The position numbers and the translations under genes are program-made. This document shows, in pieces, positions 14,401 to 28,237 of a DNA stretch of 64,000 nucleotides (position 1 is the stretch's first letter; each line of letters starts with the position of its first letter). The DNA is from Gnetum montanum. Its lineage: Eukaryota > Plantae > Gnetophyta. Below the pieces are notes generated by a model. It was given only the letters and a program-made list of their open reading frames with translations. It did no database searches and was not told the origin of the DNA. Location: assembly GCA_015680685.1 (NCBI GenBank), contig MNCI01001142.1, forward strand, positions 131,588-195,587, given 5' to 3'.

Positions 14401-17400
14401 TCTTTTGATGGAGATCTCAAAACACTTCCCTTATGCTGGTGGCCTTTTGTATGATAAATAATGATCAAGAACATACTCCCCTTGCATATGTGTAGATTTT
14501 TGTACTCCCTTTGAGTTATTTTGTCAAAGGTAATTAATAAGGAATTTTTAACATCATGGTACTATTCTTGCCAAGCAATGATATGATCAAGTATGGAGAC
14601 TAGAGTTTCCTATTAGTAATATCAATAGTACTTTCAAACATGTATCTTTAAAAGATTTAAGATTCATGCTTTTTAAAAGTACTAATTCAAACAAAAAAAA
14701 GCTTTGATATATTAGGAAAGTACAATAAACAATGAATAGTTCATTCCAAGGTTTTTGAACCACAAATTATATGCACTGGTTAAAGGTCAAAAACCAAGAT
14801 AGGAAACCAAAAGATAATTTACAATAAATTTGTTACAAGTACCACATCATAAAATTTCATAAATCTAATTCCATCATCATAATATAAAGGTTACCATAAA
14901 TAATTTTAAAAAATTTTATCTTATAAGAGTTGATGTAGAGATAACATCCCATAAATAAGCACAAAAAAGAAATAATTTAGACTTTCCAAATTAAATATTG
15001 ATACAAAATTTAGCAAGAAAGAAGATAGAAACTTACCTTGACTTAACTTGCTTGCAATTGAGAATTAAGGTGCCTAGAGTGCTAGAAAATGAGATTCCTC
15101 TTTCGAGGTTTCTCTTCTTGCACAAACTTCAATTTTCAAGACTTGTCTCCTTTTTACAAATTGGCTAGATAGTGTTTTCTCATTCTTAGGTTCCTTTCTC
15201 TTGACTCTCCAAAAATTTGAAACTCCCTTGTTCTTGTGAGTTGTCCAATCCTTCTTGATTCCTCTCTAATTTATTTGCATATCCTTTATAACCTGCAAAA
15301 AATCCTTTATAGGCACATTTATAAAAGACCAAGGAGTCCTATGATATGGAAAAGTGCTTATGTGATAATATTTTAAATTGCATTCCCATTTATTATGCCC
15401 AAATTTATGACAATAATAACATTTCACCTTCCTATAGTAGGTAAAATGATCATACCTTGGAGTTGCTCTTGGTTGAGATGTAGTGCTTGTTAATTCTTCA
15501 TTCTTCTAAGTGACCTTTGGTTAAGATGGGGTTGGTGTAGATGATTCCTCTTGTGTACAACGTTTGAGCCCACTCTTATCATGGGGACTTCTTCCTTGTG
15601 AAAAAACCATATGAAGGGACTCTTTTCCCTTGACTAGCCTTTTATTCACAAGTTTGGCATCTACAAGTTGTTCCTTGATCTACTCATAAGATTGGGTTAG
15701 CTCTTTATTCTTAGACCTAAGATCTGAGATTTCTTTTGTGAGATCAGAAATTGTTAAATTTAATGAAGAAATATGTTGATCCTTAGCTTTTACTTAATTT
15801 TACACAAAGACTCTCCAACTTACACAATAGGTCATACTTTTCTTCCTCATTCTTAGATTGATCATAATCATTAGAAAGGCTAGCATTGTCATCTATGAGA
15901 GCCATATATATGAGATAAGAATCTTTTGAGGTGCTACCTACCTCTTCCTTGCCTTGGTCTCCATCATTCTACCTAGTGAAGAAATTGTTTTCCTTTTTAT
16001 CTTCTTGAGTTGATGCATCTTCATCATCCCAGTTTGTATGAATGTTACTTCTTCTCATTTCTTCACTATACTCTTTCTCTTGAATCCTATAAGCATTGGA
16101 AAAATTTGGAGGCCAAATGGCCTCTTCCATCACTTATCCAATATTCTATAGAAGAAAGATCAAAATTAGAATTTGAAATATTTTTAGCTCTTTCTTTACC
16201 TCATTCTCAACCTTTGAATTTATTGAATTGATTTTCTTCTAAGAAATTTCTCAAACATCCATTTGTTTGCTTTTGATCTTTGGACAAAGAGTTCTTTCTC
16301 ATCTACTAAAGCACGTAGGTTAGTTTTTGAATCTTAGCCTTAAGGTTTGAGTTTTTTCTCTTGATATAAGAACATTCATCATTAAGAACTATAATTTTCA
16401 TTTCCTTAATATGAAAAAAATCATATATCTCAATGTAGAAATTTTGAAAAGAAAGAATCTCATTGCAAAATACTTCATACCTTTCATTAATTTTGCAAAT
16501 ACTATTAAGCTTGCAAGTATAGACAATTTTATTTCTAAATAGAGTGAAATATTTATTTTTCTAGTAGATACAATATAGAGATTTGATATAGTAGTTGATA
16601 AATATAATTAGTTAACTTGACCAAGTATATTTAGTGTTAAAAGTCCCTTCCATTATTCACTCCTGGAGATTGATGAAGACTATAAGAGTACTAGGTTCCA
16701 ATACCACTTATTGATTATTAAAGTTAGAAGGGGAGGGGGGGATGAATAAGTCTTCAAAATTAGAACTTAAACAAACAAATCACATAGACCAAATTTTACA
16801 TGGTTTCCCAAATTGGGTAGATTGCAAGCAAACCTTCAAACTTTGTTGCTCTTAAAATGTGGTTGAAGGATCAACAACCTATACAGTCTTTAAGCCTTGC
16901 TTTAGAGTGTTGTATCACAACACCAATGATTTAAGTTTTCAAGGTCTTGTTAGGCTTAGAAATATGGTTTCAAGGCTTTGACAACATTTACAATTAGTTA
17001 TACTGCAGCACCAACAACTCAATCTTATAGGATCTTGATAAGCTCAAAGAACTTGACCCTATAGGGCAACAAGAACAAGAATTACAAGGAAAGATTACAA
17101 CTCCATTTTTTTATCCATGTACAATTATTTACAACACACTTTACAATTCCAAAATGATAAGACAATGAAGAGCAATAGAGAATTCAATGATTACAAATGA
17201 TTATATAATGAATAAAAAATTCTTGCACATTTACCAATGTACATGAAATCTTCTTATAACTACCGTGTTGCTAAATACCTCTAAAAATTCATGCAAAAAC
17301 TAGCTAATGATCACCAATAGTCATGGGAGATATATTTCTCATGCCTAAGTCATCTCTCTAAGGTTGGCTTCAAATCTAGGAAGATGTCTTTGTTTCTTGA

Positions 17401-17917
17401 AAGACATATTTTTGAAGTCTCCATCCTAGAATACGTATTTGCATAATGGAAGAAATATATCTATATTTTTTCTGCATTCTATAAAGACATATTTACCTCA
17501 TGAAGACATCTTTGTCTAGGGAAAGATGTCTTACTATTTCTGAAGACGTCTTTCTGAATTTTCTCTGAGTTCACCCCAAATCTACCAAGATGTTAGCTAC
17601 TTCCTAGAGATGTCTTTCTTCACTTTTCCTTACATGATGAATGCATTGTTCCTTGTCCACAATCTTGATCTTTGTATTCTTTAATGATATCCACTTTGGT
17701 TGTACAATATTAGGTCCTTGTCCATATTCTTTGGATGTTTGTTTGAAGACATGTGGGTGACCTCCTTCTTTTAGCTCTAGGATAGTTCATTCTTTGTCCT
17801 CTTTAGCTCACCTTGGTTTTTCATGTACGTAGTCTTACAAATACAATAATCATACAACCATACAAACAAATTTTTTCTCCATTTTCCTTAACTTTCTAAC
17901 ACACCAAATGGTCCACA
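11472..17917 (-). mobile_element. Sirevirus (SIRE)-like Ty1/copia element, non-autonomous (gag remnant, no pol)
   Basis: LTRs 11472-12712 and 16709-17917. TSD CAAGA at 11467-11471 and 17918-17922. Decayed Met PBS at 16695-16706. Multiple PPTs at about 12714 and 12785. GGGG..GATGAATA LTR-end signature. Confidence 0.9.
15035..16680 (-). pseudogene. gag: Degraded extended gag of Sirevirus 1
   Basis: Zn-knuckle remnant IEYWISDGRGHLASKF at about 16105-16152. Collinear with the gag of Sirevirus 2 (e.g. 15560-15760 vs 32430-32620). Confidence 0.7.
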
Positions 17918-17999
17918 CAAGAAACCAAAATAGAAACTAGACACATGAAAAGGTTAATGTAGAGAAATTACATATGTGTAAAATACAAATCATAGTAAT

Positions 18000-20700
18000 A
18001 TTACAACATAACCCATCTCATTAAGAAGTACCAGGGATGGTGGATGAGAACAAAATCTCCCTAACTTGTCTTTATGATATGGGAAGAAGCTATAAGTGCT
18101 AGGTTTAAACATATAGAAGCTATGAAACTATGCTTTAAGGATAATAACCATTACTCAAAGCTACCAATTTTACTCATGCATTCGTCCTTGTTCTCACAGT
18201 AGTGTGTGTATATATTTCTTTGCATTTACTTAAAAATATGTATGATTTTTCATTATCTATGAGAGCTCATGCTGGACAACCACCAACATAATTGCTACTC
18301 AATAAAGTCTTTCTCCTAGCTTATTGCATGATCAAACTATAGAGGTTTGAAGCACATATAGAGATCTCTCCTCTTTGCCTACATATCTTCTTTTGTCTCA
18401 TTAAGTCTCCTCTCAAGGACTATGATTGGTGCTTCATGGTGAAAGATGTACATGTTCTCTAATAGGTCCATGTTATCCTATAGAGTTGGCTCACTTATGG
18501 TCTTTTGACAGAGCTTGGCATGAAAGTATTAAATTTCTTCTTCAATTTATGTTATTTCCCAATTACATGTTTGTTCATTAGAATCATAAGTTTGTACAAT
18601 TTGTGAATCTTAATATCTATATTCACCTACTTCATGAGATAGATCTTTCTAAGCTTGTTAATATTCTTGGTTATCTTCTTTACTAGCTGTTGCTACAAGT
18701 TCTAGCATTCTTTCTTTGTACAAAGGTATTTATTTTAAAATTAGACCATGATCTGATTCTCATCCTCAAGCCTTTGTATGTACTAGAAAAGAGAAAGTAC
18801 TTTCTTTTTCTTTTATTAAAGTCATTTTCTTCCATTCTTAGGATTGATTCCTTAACATCCTCATTTGTCTCTCCAATTCATCTTTCATAAATAGCACTTC
18901 TTACTCCAATTGCCATACCTTGAATAATTTATCTTGTAGGTGCTCAATTTGTACCCCAAGTGTGATTATAGAAGGTGTAGGTACCAATGATGTAATGATT
19001 TCCAACTGCTCCTACAACCATCATACCTCTATCTAGCTCCTTCAAAACTTCCTTAGATAGAGAGTTTAATCAACATTAGGAATTTCAAGTTTAGTACATA
19101 CTTCAATAAGTTCATTCTCCACTATGCTATCAATGTTTCTCAACATGAGTTTGATACCTAGATCTATCCTTTACTCTTATTTTATCTAGAAACTAGTTTT
19201 AAGTTAGTTAGTTGGTACTTGCAAGACTTTTGTTGCATGCTAGACATTATGCATGTTGCATCTTGACCTATGTGATGAAAAAACACTCCTTAATGAAATG
19301 TGAATGCAAGATTGAATAGGAGTATCATGATTGATTATGGATGAATCATTCATCAATGAAGGAGGAAATGAAAATATATCCTCCCTTATAATATCTCCAC
19401 CCATAATGGCTTTCATTATGTCCTAGAAATTATTATAAATATCTTATGATTCTTTGATATGAATCGTAGCAACATGCCCCTCACCTCTAATATGAATTAT
19501 AGGGCAAAACCCACCATTAGAAAGAGTTTTTTTAGCTTTGATTAATGTTGAAACTAGGTGGTTGAGAGAGTGATCTACTATGCTGCTATACTTGCATGTG
19601 TAGCAATGCTTGAGGTATAGTTGGTGCTCTTGTTGGACATGTGTAGACCTAGTTTGAGGATTGAATACATGATGCCTCTATGGAAGGAATCTCATCTTCT
19701 AAAATAAGTATTATCCCAATGATCTTAGGACATCACCTTGGGACCACTATCATAACATTTTTCTACTTTGCCATTTTAATAGAGTTTTCATTTTAACCTT
19801 GGAAAGGCATACACCTCCCTCTTATCATGAGCTATATCTTCAATTTTCTAAGTTAGGGCCTTGAAAAGGAAATAAGAGATGTTAATGGAAAATCTTCCTC
19901 TCATCATCATCATAATTTTAATATTTCATGATGAGATACTTGATGTTTTTTTTTTTTGGTGGATAAGAAATTATGAGGGATGATTTTGGACATTACATTC
20001 TAGACCAAGGGAAGCTTGAACATATTTACATCTATCTTAGTCATGTTAAAGAGTTTAAGAAGAACCTTCATTCTAAGCTTGGTATCAACCTTTTAAGTTA
20101 GTGGCCACCACTTATTTTCTATCTCATTGGGTAATCTTATAACTTTGGTAATTATCCATGTGAAAATGGGCATTGGGATTCCACCCATAAATGACATGGT
20201 ATCATTAGTTGTAATGTTGAGATAGAATTCCTCTATCTCATATTGGTACCAAATGAATGGTTGGATGACATAGTCATAGAAGCCCATATGCTACAATGAC
20301 TTCTTGAGCCTAGGTGGACCAACCTTAAGAAACTCATTATAAGTTTTCTCATAGTAGATTAATCAATGTTACACATCATTAGCATCCACACCCCCTTGCA
20401 CATGAACAGTCTTCAAGTTATTATATTCTAGCTCCTTTGAAACTTATTTAGTAGCTTATTACTAAGCATGTGCTTAACCCAAAGATTAAGAACATGATGG
20501 CTTACCTCAAAATATCTCTTGTGATTAATGTCTTGCAGGAACAAGTTTAGGATTTGGTAATCAATGTTCTTTTTTCTCCTCTTCTAGGATTAGTGGTTTA
20601 CAAGTGGGGCCATAGACCAAGGATTCATATTTTTTAATCTTCTTCCTATATTTTTGGAAACTAGAATACAATCATCCTAATAGATAAGTTATGAAAGATG
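18000..20700 (-). pseudogene. Decayed intron-containing transposon accessory gene (putative plant transposon protein/env-like domain plus coiled coil)
   Basis: FLKVGPPRLKKSL*HMGFYDYVIQP...EEFYLNI...GGIP..IF..IITKVIRLP and INISYFLFKAL resemble the domain at 47600-48180. GT donors at about 20504 and 18917; E/K-rich segment at 18300-18900. Confidence 0.5.
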
Positions 20701-20815
20701 TCAAAAATTAAGTTTCTTAGGCATTTTACTACCATTGTAAAAAATTCACATCAAAATAATGATAAAAACAACCCTCAAGAACACTAGAGAAACATCATCA
20801 TAAATATAAAATCAT

Positions 20816-22185
20816 TGTAGCACCTAGAAAATTTAATTGCTAGAAAACTAGAAAATCCCAAGCGGTAACAGCCTAACCTTGAATTTCAAGGGCCTCTAAA
20901 AAATAGGATTCAAGATGCCCTGGATGATCTTGTTGATCACCAGGGAGTTATAAAGTGTAAATAGAAATAAAAATAAGAATGGAATTGCAGATTTGAATGA
21001 AAACAAGTTAACAAAAAAATGAAACTAAAAAGTAAATCTGCACTACAAATGAACTGCAAAATTTAGTGAATGAAAGTGTAAAGTTGAAAGAGTATAGATG
21101 GTGTGTTCAAAGCACAAGAAGTTGGCTTGAATGGATCTTGAAGCCTGTTGGAGCTGATAGGTTGTGTTTTGTAGCCAATCTCCATAGTGTAGGTACTTCC
21201 TAGTTCCAATCTCTTACAACTTCTTGTTGGTTCCCATTCAAGTCTACAACTTTGGATGAAAATAGTGTAAACAATGGTGTATACTCTTGTTCTGGTGGGA
21301 CTACATTAAGAGTCTCTAGTACTTAGCATAGATGATAAATGGAATTTGAGTTCTCAAGGTTTCAAAAAGGCTATTAGGTTGTTCAGTTACAAAAATGTTT
21401 AAGACTTGAATTAGGTGTTTACATTTGGGTTTTATAGGCTTTTAGGTTGTCGATGTCTTGCTACAAATTACTACCATGATTGTTGAAAGATTGATGTTGC
21501 TTGTAGGTATAACAGCTATGATTTCCATTGTAGTTAAATATTTCTAGTAAGTTTTGATGCACCAAGTCCATCAAAACCCATCCACATACTAAAAATAGTA
21601 AATGTATGTTTGTGACTATGCTAGCCTTCACCTCAACTATGATGGCCTTGGAAGACTACACTAACATTTGTTGAAATCTATTGAAAATATGGTGACTACA
21701 ATGGCCATAGTACAATTTTTGAAAATGCATTATGAACACACTTATGATGTTTTCATCACCATAAAATGTCATGACTACACTAACCATTGCTTGGAAAATG
21801 GAAAATCTAGCAACACAAACAGTGGCCTTGTAGCTATGTTGGGTGTTATGGTGACTACATTGAGTGTTGTTAGGAAATGAAAATCTAACATCATCCACAC
21901 TAGATGTGTAGATGGTTCTAGTATAGTTAACCCATAAAAATGCCAAATTTGGCAGTCCCCAAGACACTTTAGCATTTGCAAGCCCATATATAGACATAAT
22001 ACCTCTTTTTCCACATGGAAAGTGAGGTAGTAGCAAACTTATGAGGCATTTTTCAGTCCCAATAAGTTAACATATGAAAGATTGCAACTCATTGGCTATC
22101 AATCTTACATTTACAATGAAATATTACCTCAAGTTAGATGGAAAAGGTTACAAGTTATAACATGTATGTTCTAGGTGGTGTTTCA
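20816..22185 (-). repeat. 3' LTR of old Tat element B
   Basis: On the minus strand the PPT CAACAAAGAGGGGCCAA is followed by TGAAACA, identical to the PPT/LTR junction at 50594-50617. Ends in ...CTACA at 20816. Similar to 1499-2666. Confidence 0.85.
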
Positions 22186-23177
22186 TTGGCCCCTCTTTGT
22201 TGATGTTTGGAGGATTAATTGAAGAGACATTAATAAAGAATAAGAAACACCACTATGAGCCCATCACCAATGTTTCCTCTTTGTGCTTGATCTTGTAGTG
22301 TTGGACCATTCTAAAGAGTTCTTGTAATAATGGAATAAGGTTATGATGAGGTCATAAAAACTATAGGTAATATTTGGTCCTCAAGAAATGGTCATGAGTA
22401 TTAAAAATGAGTCCCATAGGTTGACATCATGGCTATAATATGACATAGACATGTTGCTCATTTGGCATTTGGCTTCTTGGCAATTTGCATTTCCCTTTTT
22501 TTCTTGTTTTTTTTGTCAGATGAAACCTTCATTGGGTTTAACTATCAAGGCTAAATTTGTCTTGGTTTTCCTATCAAATGAGATGTGTTACATTTGATGG
22601 ACTTGATGGTTTTTCCATTAAATGAGGTGTGTTACTTTCAATGGACTTGTAGGTGGAGCATGATGAAGGAGATGTCAAATGACCATAATTCATGAGTGTT
22701 GAACATATGCTAACATTTTTGCTTTAAGGTATGAAAGATCATAATCAAGATATGGGGTTGGGCTTAAGAAGAGGTAATGGTAATGATGTGAAATAATCAA
22801 TCTTGGTATGGCAAGACAAACTCACCAAATCCTACCCATCAAGATTACATTGATGACTCACTGCCATAATGAGTTTCACCTTTGCGATGACTTAGGGCCT
22901 CATCCTACATGCACAAATCCAAAAAAAATAACAAAACAAGACAAAGAAAGCATGTTGTCCCAATACAATGCATAGGGATACATGAAAGAATTAAAAAGCT
23001 AGGCCACTAAAAATCACAATCATTACACCCAAAAGGGATCTACATCTTGCATTGCATATGTTACAAATTTTTTTAATTCATTTGTATAAAAATAGGTAAA
23101 GAAAGAGAATGTTGGCTCACTTGTTATTGGTTACTATGCTTGTGGATGTCAATGTTGGTACTTGCCAAAAATATGTG

Positions 23178-26100
23178 CTAGATATAATAAGATTTTAGGT
23201 AGGAATGATTGACTAGATTGGCCAATTCATTTCCATCCATGTCTACTATGAGGAAGGCTCCATTTCCATAGGTCTTGGTGATCAAGAAAGATCCTTTTTC
23301 GTTGGTTAAGAATTTTTTCACATGCTCATGGAAGACATTGAAGACTAAGTTTTCTTTCTTGATATTTCTTTTAGTGTTGTTGCTATTTCCTCTCTTGGTA
23401 GTGTTTGATGTGAGCAAGCATTCATACTCATTGCTCTTCCATCAAGTTTAGGTCCATGGTATGCACTTGCTTATTCTATTCATCATTGATGCAGTTTAAT
23501 AGGGCCACTCGAAGCCATGGGACCTACAATTGAAGAGGCAAAACAACTTTAGAATCATAAACAAGGCTATATGGAGTTATGCTAGTTGTAGTTCAATAGG
23601 TTGTTTGATAGGCCCAAAGCACATGGACAAGTCACTTATGCTACTTGCATCTACTATTGTTGAGAATATTTTTAAGCAAGTTTACAATGGCCTTGTTTCT
23701 AGCTTCAACTTGTCCATTCGCTTTGGGGTACTATTGTGATGAAAAGGAATGCTTAATTCCTAGGTCATGAATTTTTTTTTTGTTTCTTGGATACTAAACT
23801 ATGGTCCATTGTTTGTAACTATGGTCATAGGTATGTAAAAATAGGCTACTATGTTGTCCAAAATAAATTTACAAGCTTGTTGAGATGTTGTCTTCCTTAA
23901 AGGAATAACTTCAACCCACTTTGTGAAGGATTCAATTATGGTGATGATGAAGATATGTATTATAGAAGACTGAGATGTATTAGGTCCAATGATATCCTAC
24001 CCCCACTATTGGAATGACCAAGTTATCTAAGTAGTGTGTAACTTAGTTGGTGGCACATGTATTAGGTTGCTATGCCATTGACAAATGTCACAAGTTTGAA
24101 CCTTATTTAGGTATTTATTTTTTATATAGGTCCAGTAATAACCTAGTTGCCTAATTTTAGTGACCATGGCTCTAGGTCCTATATGTTCCCCACATACACC
24201 CTCATGAACTTTCTCAAAGACTATGTGGGCTTGAATTTTTCCCAAGAACACTAATAATATGTCATCATAAGATTGTTGACGTAATGTATTATTACCTATG
24301 ATGATATAATATTTTGACTATTTATGTACAACATTCTTCTGAGAAGTATTTAGGACCTATGGGGATTCACCATGCATAAGGTAAAATATAATATTTTCAT
24401 ACCATTCCTATGGAGGGGCAATACTGACGGAGGCTACAAAGTTGTTCTTAGTGTTCTCTGTGATAGGAATAGAATAATACAAATTTAAGGAAGGAAATTA
24501 AATAAATACATCAAGCATCACATTGAGAGTTACAGTTGTGATGTCATTAGCTAACATGTTCTTAGTTCGGGGTATATGTTGGATATCATTGTCTATGATT
24601 TTTTGTATTAGTTTCCTTCCTAGGTCATAGTAAGGTTGTAAATGTTGGACTTTACATGCATAAACCTTGGTTATTTGGTTAATTACAACTTGTGAATAAC
24701 CTTTTATCATTAAGAATTTAATTCCTAGGTAATGGGCTACCATCATTGCCCTAATTAATCCTTCATACTTTGCTACATTTTTGGTACATGAAAATTTGAA
24801 ATGGTAATTGAAGCATTGGATTTCACCAGATGGGAGTGTTATGATGGTAGTAGCATTGGCCCCATGGGCATTTGAAGCTCTATCAAAATGCATTACCACC
24901 TATCCTCAAGTACATTTCTAACAATGTTAATGTGTTTATTAGCAAATTTGGGCTCTATGGCTACATGGTCAACAAAGTAATAAGTTGTATGAATATAGCT
25001 TGACCTTTCATTAAGGCTTGAGAGATGTAATGTAGATCAAACTTAGCTATTATGGCTATTTTTGTAGATGTTCATTATTATGACTCTAAGTACATTGTCT
25101 TTGCAAATGACATTGACCTAGCTCCCAAAGAGGTAGTGCTGCTAGTTCTTTAATGAGAAGACTAGGGCTAGACAATACTTTTCTAGTTCAGTGTATTAGG
25201 TCTCATAGGTAACAAATACATGACTTAAATAGTATATGGGTAATTTTGCTCCATAATCACATTTTTGATAGAGTGGAGAGTTAATAGACATTTTAGAGAT
25301 AGCAAGCTAGATGTAAAAAGGCTTATCCTCTTATGGTGAATAGACCATTAGTAGTTGTGTCAACTTTTTCTTAAGGTTTTCAAAAGCTTCCTGGCATTGA
25401 GTTGTCCACTCATAGTGAACTTCTTTCTTAAGAAAATGTTACATGGGTTGTAACTTATTTGTAAGCCTAGCAATAAACCTACACATAAATTGTAAGTTTC
25501 CTTGCAATCCTCGAAGCTCCTTAAGGTTAGTTGGTGTTGCCAAGTTGGATATGACATTAACTTTATTAGGATCAACATGTATTTCTATTTTAGATACTAC
25601 AAAATCAAGCATCTTAATGGCTTTGAAACCAAAGATGCACTTCGTGGGGTTAAGCCTAAGCTTATACTTGAGGCATCATTTAAGCATATGGTTAAGGTCA
25701 TGCACATGGTTGTTGGTCACTTTGAACTTAATAGTTATATCATCCATGTAGTTATTAAATAATCCTAGCATATAGTTGCTTAGGATATATGTCATTGCTC
25801 TTTGGTAGGCTGATCCTACGTTCTTTATTCTAAAGGACATCATGATATAATAAAAGGTATCCCAAGGGGTCATGAAGGTCATATTAAGTTGATGTTTTAG
25901 GTTAATCCTTATTTTGTTGTATCTTGAGAACCCATCCATGAAGGATAGCAAGGAAGGTCTAATCGCAGTATTAATAAGTTGGTCAATGCTAGGCAAAGAA
26001 AAATCATATCTGATGGTTAAATTATTTAGTTCTTGAAAATCTATGCAAATATATATACTCCCATTTTTCTTAGGGACTACCACTATGTTGGGCATCCATT

Positions 26101-26400
26101 CTACGTAGTTGATAGCTCTAATGAAACCAGCTAGGTATAATTTTGTGATTTCATTGAGAACTACTAGGGCTAAATCTAGTTTAATCTTGTAAACGTTTTA
26201 CTTAACTAGTGTAATACTAGGATCAAGTATGATTTTATGTTGCACTAGGTGTGGTTCAAGACATGACGTATCTTCATATGAGTAGGCAAAGGCCTTAATG
26301 TTTCCCTAGAGAAGCTTGTTGAGGTTCTAATGAAGAACTTAATTTTAGTGTTTTCTCCTCACCACTATGTGTTGTGATAGGAACCTTAGCTAGAGAGTGT
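23178..26400 (-). pseudogene. pol: Tat-lineage pol: RT - RNase H - archaeal-type RNase H (aRH) - integrase
   Basis: RT 25676-26095 (VVVPKKNG, CIDF, FMDGFSRY, YMDDI). aRH 24498-24899 (FDRAS, NVAKYEGL, SQVVINQ, HIPRTKN). INT 24027-24251 (HEGVCGEH...CDICQ). GPY/F-type tail 23178-23417. aRH between RH and INT is the Ogre/Retand arrangement. Confidence 0.92.
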
Positions 26401-26599
26401 TTGGTAATGTCACTAGCCTCTAGGTTAAGGGTTTTGACTAAGTTTTTAGGCCATTCTTAAGGTTTCTCTATCAAGGCTATGTGATCAATTAGACTCTTAG
26501 GATTAAGATCAAGGTAGTTAAGGTTAATAACTCATTCAAAATCACCATGATATCCACTTATGTTGAATGGTAAATTGATTTTCTTTCAGGTATCCATAC

Positions 26600-28237
26600 T
26601 CCAATCCTACATTCAACCATAAGCATATTAAGTGTAACCTAGGTAAAATGAGGAAATAATTCTAAAAAAATATAAAATATGCTAGTAACTATGCATGGAT
26701 CAACCAAAACATGCTATTTCATGGTTAGACATGATGCAAACGAGGTCAACAAAAGCTACAAGAGGTAGATGATGATAAATAGAATGAAACAAAGGCCACA
26801 TAAGGTCAAATAAAGGCCATATGATGGGAACAATTGGTGGAATGGGGCCAAGTGGTGCTCCAATGATAATAAAGGTTGATAATAAGGAATAAGATCAAAA
26901 CAAGTTGAAACACAATGAAACATGCCTAAATCAACCAAAGTGAAAAACATAAGGTTAAACATGATCAACTATGGTTTCATTTTGCCAGTGTTAGGCCTTA
27001 GCAAGCCATGTTGCCAATTTAAGACCTTGGTAGGCGATATGATGGTTACATGGTGTCAAATGATGATCAAGGATGATCAAACCCCATCAAATAACACTAA
27101 TCAAAGCTTAAACAAGGTTAACTAAGACTAAAAGAGAGAGAATAAGGTATATATGATGAAACTAAAGTTATGTAGAATTCAAATGAGGTCAACTCATGAT
27201 AATATAGGTCAACCATGCATAACAAAGTCAAAAAAAGTGAAAAAAACATGAAAGAAGGTCAAATTAGTTAGGGTGAAATACATGTTAGAAAAGAAGGTAA
27301 ACATTAGTTAAACAGGGTTAGATTTTGCTAGTTTTAGGCCTTTTTAGGCCATAAGGTTACATGGTATCAAATGACAGTCAAGGATGGTCAAACCCTATCA
27401 CCTAACACTAATTAAAGGTCAAACTAGGTCTACTAAAGTAAAAAAGGTTTATATTTTTCTAGTTTTAGGCCTTACTAGGGCACAGTAGAGGTCTACAAGA
27501 TTGCAAATTATGTTTAAGAGTATAATGGGATTTTTTGAAGGCTTTTTGAAGTCAATATGACACTTTTTAATGTGACTACATTGGGCTCCACTAGTGACTC
27601 TGCTGGTCAACATAGTCATACTAGGCCCAAGTGTAGTTGGCATTAGTATGTGATTTTCTAGATTCATTGTGGCAAATTTTGAGTTCTTGATGATCTATAG
27701 AACTAGCATTGTAGATTGGGATTAAAGATTAATGAATTTTGACTTCATTTTCAACTTGATGAATGGTACCAAAACTCATGACTATGTTTTTGGAACTATG
27801 CTTTCTAGCATAGTCAAGGCTACCCCCAACCCAGTTACATGGAAAAAAATGCATTTTTAGGATTTTAGAGTTGATATTGATATTCTACTAGCTTTTTAGG
27901 TAGAGGTTTGGAATGTCTAAATTGATCATTTGGAAGGCAAAATAGGCTTCAGAAGGTGGAGTTTTGGTATCAACACCATATGAATATGCTCGCTAGCATA
28001 GTTAAGTGTTACTCTAGCATAGATGGACCAAAATCTAGCTTTCTTAGGATTAAACAATGTCAAAATGGAACTAGGTTTAGGGTTTTAGGGTTCTAGGATT
28101 TAGAAAATAATTTTTTGTCTATTCTTAGTGCTATTGTATTTGTCAAAAAATCTTGGGACATGAATTATGTTAGGACTACACTATCCAGCATAGTCCTAGG
28201 CCTCTCTTAGCATAGCCACATGGAATCTACTCTGCCT
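26600..28237. repeat. Non-coding spacer of Tat element B upstream of RT, with decayed palindromic motif repeats
   Basis: Recurrent (G)ACTAY(G/A)CT...AG(C/T)(A/G)TAGT motifs. The same units resume at 35083 after the Sirevirus insertion (28170-28230 resembles 35595-35655). Confidence 0.6.
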
